64,000 nucleotides of DNA from Bacteroidia bacterium. GTDB lineage: Bacteria > Bacteroidota > Bacteroidia > NS11-12g > UBA9320. The stretch spans positions 18,907 to 82,906 of the forward strand of contig JAGVMN010000005.1 of NCBI GenBank assembly GCA_020053795.1, given 5' to 3'. Numbering within the stretch: position 1 is the stretch's first letter; each line of letters begins with the position of its first letter. The position numbers and the translations under genes were made by a program. Positions 39,173 to 47,692 of the stretch are shown here, piece after piece. The notes beneath the pieces were generated by a model. It saw nothing but the letters and a program-made list of their open reading frames with translations, made no database searches and was not told the origin of the DNA.

Positions 39173-40381
39173 TCAGTCACGAATCAGAGCTTGCAACAAT
39201 TTCTCAAACTCTTTTGACTGTTCAATATATTTCAAACCAGTTCCCGGGCCGTTGAATCCTGTATGAACGCCAATGACTTCATGTTTTCCGTTCAAGAAAA
39301 TCGTTGTGGGAAAGGATAGAATTTCGCTCAGGAAAGGCAGCAATTTCGAGGCGTCTCCTTTTGAAGCTGTCCCCGCCAGTATCATTTCGTAAGGAACCTT
39401 CATGTTTTTTCTGACCTTATTAATTCGTTGCAAGTGAACCTCTGTATCAGCCACACGTTCAAAACACAGGGCCACAAACTGCAAACCCTTTCTATGGTAT
39501 TCGTCGTAGATGGAAGTCAGGTAGCGGGTTTCGTCCATGCAATTGGGGCACCAGCTTCCCATGATTTGAATAACCACGGGTTTGCCTTTATAAGGGGCAG
39601 TGTCCAAATTGAAAACATTGCCATTTGGTTGCGGGATAGCTAGCTTTACCGGGCCTTCGGAAACAGGTTTTGTAAGTTCAAATGAACTGGTCAATCGGGC
39701 GGAATCATTTCTGTTTCCCTTCCAAACCGTTTTAAAATGCGTTCCGGAATAGAAGATTCCTTCAATGGTGTCACCAACCAATGTTCCTTCAAACAAGAAG
39801 GCATGAGAACCATCGAAACAGGAAAGTTTGAAATGTGTTTCATCTGTAAAACCGCCTTGGAGGTATCGGTAATCTCCCGTTTCTGTGAGAAAGGTTCCGG
39901 TGATTCCATTTGCTGTTTGAACAAACTCCCCAATGGCAGGATAGGCATTGCTATCGGTATCAAAAACACAAGCCCAGCGACCTTGAATACTTCGTGTACC
40001 GGCAAAATGGTTTTTTCGTTCTCCCTTTGACAAAGATAACGGGATTCGATAAGTTCCCTGTCGGCTGTTGTCTTGAAAATATCCAACAAAGTTGCCACCC
40101 GTCATTTTAGTTAAAACTATTTTTGAATCAAAAACAGGGTGTTCGACAATCAAAGTGTCACCACGCCAAACATTTGGTGTCAATGCCAATCGTTCTGATG
40201 CATTTACGAGCCAACAGTAAACGGAATCATCCTTTTGTACCATTTCAAATCCGAAGTCAATCGTTTTCCCTTCGGAAAATATCAGGCCGCCTTGATATAT
40301 CTCAAATGATTTTGTTCTATTCATATTAGAGATGGATAAGTAGGAGACGATAATGAACAAATAAAAAAAAGCCTTATTCAT
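39173..40381 (-). CDS. TlpA-like thiol-disulfide oxidoreductase (thioredoxin fold) with an N-terminal domain of unknown function
   Basis: Signal peptide. C-terminal about 150 aa with the active site GSWCPNC and an AhpC/TSA-TlpA pattern (KPVVIQIMGSWCPNCMDE...VALCFE). Confidence 0.75.
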   Translation of the reverse strand: MNKAFFYLFIIVSYLSISNMNRTKSFEIYQGGLIFSEGKTIDFGFEMVQKDDSVYCWLVNASERLALTPNVWRGDTLIVEHPVFDSKIVLTKMTGGNFVGYFQDNSRQGTYRIPLSLSKGERKNHFAGTRSIQGRWACVFDTDSNAYPAIGEFVQTANGITGTFLTETGDYRYLQGGFTDETHFKLSCFDGSHAFLFEGTLVGDTIEGIFYSGTHFKTVWKGNRNDSARLTSSFELTKPVSEGPVKLAIPQPNGNVFNLDTAPYKGKPVVIQIMGSWCPNCMDETRYLTSIYDEYHRKGLQFVALCFERVADTEVHLQRINKVRKNMKVPYEMILAGTASKGDASKLLPFLSEILSFPTTIFLNGKHEVIGVHTGFNGPGTGLKYIEQSKEFEKLLQALIRD

Positions 40382-40450
40382 GATGCGAAGATAAGTGAAC
40401 TTTGTCCGAAAGATGTGAAAACAGTCAGTGTTAGTCTATCAATGATTTTG

Positions 40451-41416
40451 TCATGGATTATTCAATGCTTCTATACGCAACCAAAACTTCTTAGTTGCAG
40501 TTTTTATTAATTCAGATTCGGGAAATATTTCGAATGCCAAACTGTAGGCCCTTTCTGCCTCTGCATACATTTTATAGTTTTCCCATGAAATAGCCCTGAG
40601 CAGGAAATAATATTCGGTTTCCGATTCTTTCAACTCCTTCTCAATGATTCTCAAATCGGCATTCAATGAATCTATTGTCAATGAATCAGCAAATGTGAAT
40701 GTATTAAGGCCATTTGCTTTGTAACCTGCTCGGGCAATACTCCAGGCGTAGGTTTTACTTCTATCAAAGGCTTTTATATTTGTGCAACCAAACCAGTTTG
40801 GTAACGAAATTTCACCCTCCATCAGAGAATCACGACTACACAAGATGCTATTTTGCCCTGAAACTATTTCCCCCAACATTATTGAATAAGGCAAAAACTC
40901 TTTATGTTTCCAGCGAAAGTTAACCTGCTTACCCGGTATAACCTCTCCATTTGCAGGAAATACCATTTCCATTTTGCCGCCCCGGCTAATCGCTGTAACG
41001 CCTTCTTTGGGTTTTATGTTGACCACATTGTAAAGACCGGAATACAGCCTTGACCATGTTCCGGCATCCCTGTCGAACTTGATGTCCTTTATCTGGCTGA
41101 TCTTTTTACCCTGAAGGGTTTTGAATCCGTTTTGTTTGATCAGTGTGACTGATGCTCCGGATTCCAGTTTGATCCAATAGCTATCCTTTAACTTCTGCCG
41201 CTCTGTAAGGGCAATCCATTTTTTCTCATTTTTATAGAATGCCCTCCCTTTGACTTTGCAGGCATAAATTTCCTGAGCGGTGGTAGAAGGAATGAACCCT
41301 TCGACTATGGATTCGACAGGCTCACCGGCCACGCTCAGGGCAAGAAATGAAAGAATGATCTGTATTGCAGTGAGCCACACGTTCTGTTTTCCTGTATTCA
41401 AATTAGTCCTATTCAT
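40451..41416 (-). CDS. Secreted protein with a FecR-like N-terminal region and a TPR-like C-terminus (function unknown)
   Basis: Signal/anchor WLTAIQIILSFLALSVAG. KVKGRAFY...WIALTERQKLKDSYWIKLESGASVTLIKQNGFKTLQG fits the FecR-domain pattern. C-terminus YYFLLRAISWENYKMYAEAERAYSLAFEI. Overlaps the CHASE2 gene by 8 nt. Confidence 0.45.
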   Translation of the reverse strand: MNRTNLNTGKQNVWLTAIQIILSFLALSVAGEPVESIVEGFIPSTTAQEIYACKVKGRAFYKNEKKWIALTERQKLKDSYWIKLESGASVTLIKQNGFKTLQGKKISQIKDIKFDRDAGTWSRLYSGLYNVVNIKPKEGVTAISRGGKMEMVFPANGEVIPGKQVNFRWKHKEFLPYSIMLGEIVSGQNSILCSRDSLMEGEISLPNWFGCTNIKAFDRSKTYAWSIARAGYKANGLNTFTFADSLTIDSLNADLRIIEKELKESETEYYFLLRAISWENYKMYAEAERAYSLAFEIFPESELIKTATKKFWLRIEALNNP

Positions 41417-42596
41417 GATCTGTGCTTTTCGGTTTTCGTTTTATGATTCTTGAAAGCCAATTTGTAAACGGTTCATAAGAAGGCAACAAGAGTCCGCTAA
41501 AAAAAATCGGGATGATGAACTCTGTAGGTTCCAGTTTTATTCTAAAATTTTCCATGAGTAAAGCACAAATGATCATGCTCAATGGTGCCAGAAATACCAA
41601 CAAAATGAAATCGAGCAACAAGTGATAATAGTTGTGGCTTTGGTGGATTCTGATGAGGAGAAACATGAAAAGGAAACAACTCATAAAAATCCAGAATATG
41701 TTATAAGGCAGAGGTTTCATGTAGTCATTGGTGATGATCATAGAAATAATTTGAGATAAATATTCAATTCCATTCATATCTGGTAATGACCTTCCGATGT
41801 AAAGGTTCAGTGGGGTGAAATGCTTGTCTTCCAGACTCCATTCATTAAAACCGCCCAGCAATACGATCTTGTTTCTAAATATATCCGGATTATTTGGTAT
41901 AGTGTCAAAAACCAGGTAACGCGGCAGGTTGGATACGCCTTTCCGTAAATTGACCAGTTTGCTTTCACCGGCGGCGGCACCAAGAGTTTTCAACTGTTTT
42001 CGACCATAAGACAGGCTGATGACTTTAACAGCAAATGAGGTGTCCGGTTTTTCTCCTTCTGTTTTGATGAATGGCTCAAAATGCCTTTTGGTTTTAAGAA
42101 GACTCTCCTGTTTTAGAAAACCGATATGGTAAGACCCGCTTCCTTCATTCTGAAACTGCATATCCTGATAAAAAGGTAAATTCATGGTTCGGGATTCCTC
42201 CTCCGTACCATGCAGAGCCGCCAAAACAATATTGTCTTTATATCGGTTCAAAACCCGAATCAACCTGATGTTTTGGGTATCTTCAAGTGCCTTTCCGAAT
42301 ATGATGTCTATGCCGATAACCTTCGGGCTGAAGCTTTCCAGTTTTTCAATTTTTGATGCAATATTATTCCGGTCATCATTGTAGCAATTGACAATGACAA
42401 TATTGGTGTCGGGGTTGGCAGATTTGTGTACATAGGCAAAAATCAAATCCGACATTTCGTAATCTTCAATTTTGTTCCTCATGGGGTTCAGGATTTCGAC
42501 CTTGTGCAGCAAAGAACCCAACAATTTTCCTGCAATAGCCAATATCGCCAAACAAAACACAGTGGCCAAAAAGGATGTTTTAATTTTTGTTATCAT
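41409..42596 (-). CDS. Stand-alone CHASE2 domain membrane protein (no output domain)
   Basis: N-terminal TM, then an extracytoplasmic region with CHASE2-like motifs (NIVIVNCYNDDR, KVIGIDIIFGKA, NIVLAAL, FRNKIVLLGG...EDKHFTPLN, MNGIEYLSQIISMI), then three C-terminal TM helices. The ORF ends about 25 aa after the last helix. Confidence 0.75.
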   Translation of the reverse strand: MITKIKTSFLATVFCLAILAIAGKLLGSLLHKVEILNPMRNKIEDYEMSDLIFAYVHKSANPDTNIVIVNCYNDDRNNIASKIEKLESFSPKVIGIDIIFGKALEDTQNIRLIRVLNRYKDNIVLAALHGTEEESRTMNLPFYQDMQFQNEGSGSYHIGFLKQESLLKTKRHFEPFIKTEGEKPDTSFAVKVISLSYGRKQLKTLGAAAGESKLVNLRKGVSNLPRYLVFDTIPNNPDIFRNKIVLLGGFNEWSLEDKHFTPLNLYIGRSLPDMNGIEYLSQIISMIITNDYMKPLPYNIFWIFMSCFLFMFLLIRIHQSHNYYHLLLDFILLVFLAPLSMIICALLMENFRIKLEPTEFIIPIFFSGLLLPSYEPFTNWLSRIIKRKPKSTDHE

Positions 42597-42901
42597 TCCT
42601 GAATAAAGATTGTTATTTTATGTTTCGGGTTTTACCGAACAAATGTAGGAAACCTGAGATTGATTCAAGTTAAAATTTGAAAAGCCCGATTCGATGACAT
42701 CATTGACATCATTGGTTGAACTAATGTATAAACAACAAATTGGGGTAATATTAAAAATGAAGGTGAGAGACCATGTGGTTCATCGGTTTCGGCACTGTGT
42801 TTTGGCGGTTAAATTTTCTTTTATGAGCTGTCTTTTAATACGTCAAATGAGAGAGAAAAAAAATTTTTTGCGATTTTCATGCAACCTTTTTAGATATTTG
42901 T

Positions 42902-42944
42902 TGACTATTAGTCAGTGATTTCATTGAAAAAGTTTTTATATTTG
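42902..42944 (+). promoter_or_regulatory. Candidate promoter of the Cys-repeat lipoprotein: a perfect palindrome plus a Bacteroidota-type -7 box
   Basis: TGACTA-T-TAGTCA at 42902-42914. TATATTTG (TAnnTTTG consensus) at 42937-42944, 38 nt before the ATG. Confidence 0.35.
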
Positions 42945-42981
42945 CTTACGAAAAATTATCCAACATTAAAATTAAACCATC

Positions 42982-43773
42982 ATGAAAAAAATTGTATTAG
43001 CCATCTTGTTCGCATCGGGGCTGTTATTTCTGGGTTCGGGTTGTAATGACCGTAGAGACATTGAAGATATTCTTAAATGGCTAAAAAACAAGGACAATAA
43101 GAAATACGATTGTCCTCAATTAAAAGTAAATTTTAAAGAAGCGTGTAAAACGGCAGAAGGGAAAGCAGGGATTGTAACTCAGGATTGCAAATGTACACCA
43201 CCTGTCACTCAGAGGTTTGATTGTCCTCAGTTGAAACTCAATTACAAGGATGCCTGTAAAACAACAGACGGCAAACCGGGAATTGTGACTCAGGACTGCA
43301 AATGTCAGCCAACAAACAATACTAAATTTGATTGCCCTGACTTAAAAATGAATTTTAATGATCCCTGCAAAACGTCTAATGGTGTAGGGAAAATTGATAA
43401 GAATTGCAAATGTGTGGTATCTAATACGCAGAAATATGACTGTCCTGAATTGAAACTCAATTTCAAAGATGCTTGTAAAACTGCTGATGGCAAACCTGGA
43501 TTCATTAACGGTGACTGCAAATGCCAGCCTTCAACAGATGTTAAATACGATTGTCCTGAGTTAAAGTTGAATTTCAAGGATGCTTGCAAAACAAGTACCG
43601 GTCAGATGGGAATCATTGATAAAAATTGTAAATGTCAGCCGGCAAATACTCAAAAGTATGATTGCCCTGAATTAAAACTGAATTTCAAAGATGCCTGTAC
43701 CATAACCACCAATGGGGTTATGATGAAAGGCTTTATAGATGAAAACTGCAAATGCGTTCCTGTTAACAGATAA
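42982..43773 (+). CDS. Lipoprotein composed of six tandem 36-39-aa four-cysteine repeats (unassigned family)
   Basis: Lipobox LFLGSGC. Repeats K[YF]DCPxLKxN[FY]xxxC...G....[DN]CKC run from aa 41 to the C-terminus. Own terminator. Confidence 0.85.
   Translation: MKKIVLAILFASGLLFLGSGCNDRRDIEDILKWLKNKDNKKYDCPQLKVNFKEACKTAEGKAGIVTQDCKCTPPVTQRFDCPQLKLNYKDACKTTDGKPGIVTQDCKCQPTNNTKFDCPDLKMNFNDPCKTSNGVGKIDKNCKCVVSNTQKYDCPELKLNFKDACKTADGKPGFINGDCKCQPSTDVKYDCPELKLNFKDACKTSTGQMGIIDKNCKCQPANTQKYDCPELKLNFKDACTITTNGVMMKGFIDENCKCVPVNR
43102..43770 (+). repeat. Six coding tandem repeats, period about 111 nt
   Basis: Repeat starts at 43102, 43213, 43324, 43432, 43543 and 43654 (aa 41, 78, 115, 151, 188, 225). 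Confidence 0.9.
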
Positions 43774-43803
43774 TTCGTATTTGTCAGAATATAAAACTTT
43801 GGA

Positions 43804-43832
43804 AAAAGGTTGGTGCTTCACCAACCTTTTTT
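43804..43832 (+). terminator. Rho-independent terminator
   Basis: aaaaggttggtg-ctt-caccaacctttt, with core GC stem 43808-43815 / 43819-43826 and a T-tract to 43832. Confidence 0.85.
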
Positions 43833-43917
43833 CATTGACGGCTTTTCATTTTTTGTTTGTTCACATTTGCTGAAACAAATTAATTCTTCCTATTTTTGTT
43901 ATATAAATTCTCGCGAA

Positions 43918-44169
43918 ATGAAAAAGATTCTGATTGCCTTGTTATTTCTCACCGCAAATTTTCAAACGGTTTTTGCCGGTACTTCCGGGATAAATGGAGA
44001 GTATATATTTTACCTTATACCGCTCGCCATCCTTTCATTCATCTGGGTGGGTTATGAGATAAAGGCCAGAATAATAGCCAAAAGGATTGCCAGGCTGGAA
44101 GCCAGGATGGCGGCAGAAGGGGCGAATGACTCTCCGGATTCAGATGGTATTGAGTCTTCCGAGATTTGA
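43918..44169 (+). CDS. Small secreted/membrane protein (hypothetical)
   Basis: The ATG at 43918 gives MKKILIALLFLTANFQTVFA, then one TM (YIFYLIPLAILSFIWVGY) and a charged tail. The longer track ORF reads through the terminator. Confidence 0.45.
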   Translation: MKKILIALLFLTANFQTVFAGTSGINGEYIFYLIPLAILSFIWVGYEIKARIIAKRIARLEARMAAEGANDSPDSDGIESSEI

Positions 44170-44223
44170 ATGTTTAAAATAGCATCAAAAAATCATTCTC
44201 TTTTACCATTGGCTTCCTCTGAA

Positions 44224-45423
44224 CTATAAGGATTTTTGTACCATCTCCCCAATAGTCCTCCCAATAGCCAAAGAAGAAGTTGCCGCAGGCGATGGAGCGT
44301 TGAGGATATGAATAATGCCCGTGTCTTCTACAATTTTAAAATCGTCCAATAAACCACCTGTTCTGTCGCAAGCCTGGGCACGAACGCCCGCTCCACCCGG
44401 AACCAGGTCTTCCTCCTTAATTTCCGGAATGAGTTTTTGCAAGGCTCTGGTAAATGCGGGTTTCGAAAAAGACCGGTAGAACTCGCCCATGCCGGTTTTC
44501 CAGTATTTGCCGACCACCTTTCTGAAACCCGGCCAACTCAACGCATCCCAAAGCTCCCCGAAGTGGAAATCTGTTTTTTTATACCCTTCTCTTTTGAAAG
44601 CAAAGACCGCATTGGGTCCTGCCTCTACATGGCCGTTCATCATGCGGGTGAAATGGACGCCAAGGAATGGAAAATTCGGGTCGGGAACCGGATAGATCAG
44701 GTTTTTGACGAGATATTGCTTTTCAGGTTTGAGCATGAAATATTCACCACGGAAAGGAATAATCCGGGTATCCAGATTTGCATGGGTCAACCCAGCAACC
44801 TTATCGGAATAGAGTCCTGCACAATTAATCACCAGTTTGGCTTCCAGGCTATCCGCACTCGTTTCTATAACGGAACCTGATTCTGCCTTACGTATATTCA
44901 GCACCTTAAGCCCGGTTTTGATTTCACCGCCAAGCTTTTCAATATTTTCAGCATATTTGGCGGCTACCAATTTGTAATCTATGATGCCTGTTTGTGGCAC
45001 GAAAAGAGCTTTAATCCCCCTGCAATGCGGTTCGTAATCCTTTATTTGATCAGCTTCAATCCATTTCAAACCAGTAAGTCCATTCTCAATTCCTCTTTGG
45101 TAAAGTATCTCCAGCCCGGGCAATTCCGAATTTTCTGTTGCCACTATTATTTTCCCGCATAGGTCGAATGGAATGTTATTTTCTCTGGCAAAGTCCAATA
45201 ACAGCTTATAGCCGTCCAGGCAATTTTTCGCTTTCAGACTTCCGGGTTTGTAGTAGATACCCGAATGAATGACCCCGCTGTTATTCCCAGTTTGGTGTTG
45301 GGCAATGCTGCTTTCTTTTTCAAGCAGGATCAGTTTCGTTTCAGGGCGGTTTTGCATGATGCTCAATGCCGTTGCCAACCCGACGATTCCACCACCAATA
45401 ATAGCGACATCATAATATTTCAC
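44224..45423 (-). CDS. lhgO: L-2-hydroxyglutarate oxidase (FAD-dependent)
   Basis: [22 protein letters not shown] motif; 399 aa with the LhgO-like pattern throughout. Confidence 0.8.
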   Translation of the reverse strand: MKYYDVAIIGGGIVGLATALSIMQNRPETKLILLEKESSIAQHQTGNNSGVIHSGIYYKPGSLKAKNCLDGYKLLLDFARENNIPFDLCGKIIVATENSELPGLEILYQRGIENGLTGLKWIEADQIKDYEPHCRGIKALFVPQTGIIDYKLVAAKYAENIEKLGGEIKTGLKVLNIRKAESGSVIETSADSLEAKLVINCAGLYSDKVAGLTHANLDTRIIPFRGEYFMLKPEKQYLVKNLIYPVPDPNFPFLGVHFTRMMNGHVEAGPNAVFAFKREGYKKTDFHFGELWDALSWPGFRKVVGKYWKTGMGEFYRSFSKPAFTRALQKLIPEIKEEDLVPGGAGVRAQACDRTGGLLDDFKIVEDTGIIHILNAPSPAATSSLAIGRTIGEMVQKSL

Positions 45424-45533
45424 GGGGCAAAAGTAGCGGGTCTCTCCGATTATTTGTTACTTTGCGTTTTAATCGAAGTACTCTCATCCTAAATCCCGAT
45501 TCATTTGTTAATAGCCATTATAAACCGATCAAA

Positions 45534-46556
45534 ATGAGTATAAGAGAACAATTAAATGAACTGTTGAAAACCAGAATACTTGTTCTGGATGGTGCCATGG
45601 GTACTATGATACAGCAATATAAATTGAGCGAAGAACAATACCGCGGTGAGCGTTTCAAGGATTTCAGACACCCATTGAAAGGCAACAACGATTTACTTGT
45701 ATTATCTCAACCGGCCATCATTTCCGAAATTCACGCGGCCTACCTTGAGGCAGGTTCTGATATTCTTGAAACCAATACCTTCAATGCCAACCGGATTTCA
45801 ATGGCAGATTATGCTATGGAAGATTTGGTCTATGAAATGAATGTAGAAGCCGCAAGACTGGCGAAGAAGCAAGCGGAAATATTTAATAAAAAAGACCCTT
45901 CAAAACCCAGATTTGTAGCAGGCTCTGTTGGCCCGACGAATAAATCGGCATCACTTTCTCCTGATGTAAACAACCCGGGTTACAGATCGGTAACTTTTGA
46001 TGATATGGTTGAGATTTATTCCGAACAGGCCCGTGCATTGCTGGATGGAGGTTGCGATATGATTCTGGTTGAAACTGTTTTTGATACCTTGAATTGCAAA
46101 GCAGCTCTTTTCGCTATTATGCAGTTGGAAGAAGAGTTAGGTCGCGAAATAATTACCATGGTTTCAGGAACCATTGCAGATGCCAGTGGCAGAACCCTGA
46201 GCGGTCAGACAACAGAAGCTTTTTGGAATTCTATTTCACATGCCAACCTATTTAGTGTTGGTTTAAATTGTGCTTTGGGAGCAGCCCAATTGAGGCCATA
46301 CATAGAGGAATTGTCCAGAGTCGCATGGTGTTATGTGAGTGCCCACCCTAATGCCGGATTGCCAAACGAGTTTGGAGAATACGACCAGAGTGCCGCAGAA
46401 ATGGCAGCAGTGATTGAGGACTTTGCTATAAGCGGATTTTTGAATATTGTCGGTGGTTGTTGTGGTTCAACGCCCGAACATATAAGAGCCATTGCCAAAG
46501 TTGTTGAAAATTGTCCCCCAAGAGAGGTTCCGGTTCTAAGTTATTTCACAGAATGA
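45534..46556 (+). CDS. Homocysteine S-methyltransferase domain protein (MetH N-terminal Hcy-binding module only)
   Basis: The ATG at 45534 gives [27 protein letters not shown]. Zn ligand context GLNCALG and [11 protein letters not shown]. Ends at the interdomain linker ([14 protein letters not shown]). Confidence 0.85.
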   Translation: MSIREQLNELLKTRILVLDGAMGTMIQQYKLSEEQYRGERFKDFRHPLKGNNDLLVLSQPAIISEIHAAYLEAGSDILETNTFNANRISMADYAMEDLVYEMNVEAARLAKKQAEIFNKKDPSKPRFVAGSVGPTNKSASLSPDVNNPGYRSVTFDDMVEIYSEQARALLDGGCDMILVETVFDTLNCKAALFAIMQLEEELGREIITMVSGTIADASGRTLSGQTTEAFWNSISHANLFSVGLNCALGAAQLRPYIEELSRVAWCYVSAHPNAGLPNEFGEYDQSAAEMAAVIEDFAISGFLNIVGGCCGSTPEHIRAIAKVVENCPPREVPVLSYFTE

Positions 46557-47692
46557 ATATAGGCGTTGTATGTTACCCAACTTATGGAGGTAGTGGTGTG
46601 GTGGCTACTGAACTTGGAAAAGCCTTGGGTCAGAAGGGACATAAAATACATTTCATCTCTTACGACCAACCCGCCCGACTCGATTTTTTCAATGAAAACC
46701 TTTTTTACCACGAGGTTTCGGTTTCTAAATACCCGCTGTTTCGCTATCCGCCTTATGAGATTGCCCTGGCAAGTAAAATTGTTGACATCGTTCAATTTGC
46801 CAATCTGGATTTGCTTCATGTACATTACGCCATCCCACATGCTGCTGCCGCCATAATGGCAAGAAATATCCTGTTGAAAAGAGGCATCTATATTCCGGTT
46901 GTAACTACCCTTCATGGAACAGACATTACACTGGTGGGCAAAGACCCGACTTATGAGCCGGTAGTAACATATTCTATCAATGAATCGGACGCTGTTACGA
47001 CGGTTTCCGAAAGTCTTAAAAGAGAGACCAAAGAGCATTTCCCAATCGAAAACGACATAACAGTTATCCCAAATTTTATTGACTTTGAAAGGTTTAGCAA
47101 AACTCCAAAGGAGCATTTCAAACTGGCTATCGCCCCGAATGGGGAGCATATAGTGATTCACACTTCAAATTTCAGAAAAGTGAAAAGGGTGGAGGATGTT
47201 TTAAAGGTTTTTCATTTGATTCGGAAAGAGGTACCTGCAAAATTGTTGTTGGTCGGAGACGGCCCTGAACGCTTCAATATGGAAACGCTTTGTCGTAAGT
47301 TGGATCTTTTCGATTCAGTAACCTTTCTTGGCAAACAGGATGCAGTAGAAGAAATTTTGTCGGTCGGTGATCTTTTTTTAATGACCTCTGAAACGGAGAG
47401 TTTTGGTTTGGCGGCTCTTGAGGCGATGGCATGTGAGGTACCCGTTATAAGTACCAACACTGGTGGATTACCCGAACTCAACATCAATGGGGTTTCCGGT
47501 TTTACAAGTGATTTAGGGGATGTTAAGGACATGGCTAAAAATGCACTGAGTATTCTGCAAGGGAATTTGAAATTGTTCAAATTACAGGCCTACAATCATG
47601 CCCGTAAATTCGACATCGAAACGATCATGCCGGCTTATGAGAATTTGTATTTCAAAACCATTGAAACAGCAGCTAAAAGAAAGCGAACTTAA
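46553..47692 (+). CDS. bshA: N-acetyl-alpha-D-glucosaminyl L-malate synthase (bacillithiol biosynthesis glycosyltransferase)
   Basis: [37 protein letters not shown] and the GT4 C-terminal [31 protein letters not shown] overlap with the upstream gene. Confidence 0.85.
   Translation: MNIGVVCYPTYGGSGVVATELGKALGQKGHKIHFISYDQPARLDFFNENLFYHEVSVSKYPLFRYPPYEIALASKIVDIVQFANLDLLHVHYAIPHAAAAIMARNILLKRGIYIPVVTTLHGTDITLVGKDPTYEPVVTYSINESDAVTTVSESLKRETKEHFPIENDITVIPNFIDFERFSKTPKEHFKLAIAPNGEHIVIHTSNFRKVKRVEDVLKVFHLIRKEVPAKLLLVGDGPERFNMETLCRKLDLFDSVTFLGKQDAVEEILSVGDLFLMTSETESFGLAALEAMACEVPVISTNTGGLPELNINGVSGFTSDLGDVKDMAKNALSILQGNLKLFKLQAYNHARKFDIETIMPAYENLYFKTIETAAKRKRT

Noticed and set aside
42694-42918. 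74-aa plus-strand ORF in the CHASE2 / Cys-repeat intergenic region
   Set aside because: It has no motifs and overlaps the palindrome and promoter-like elements, so it is more likely non-coding regulatory DNA.
43305-43589. 94-aa minus-strand ORF with its own internal repeats
   Set aside because: It is the antisense image of the Cys-repeat coding sequence. The plus-strand frame has the signal peptide, conserved Cys pattern and synonymous-site divergence.
45424-45533. SAM or cobalamin riboswitch ahead of the MetH-like gene
   Set aside because: No conserved riboswitch core sequences are visible in the 110-nt leader.
46541-47580. Minus-strand ORFs 46541-47161 and 47212-47580
   Set aside because: They are antisense to bshA, whose GT4 motifs are unambiguous.
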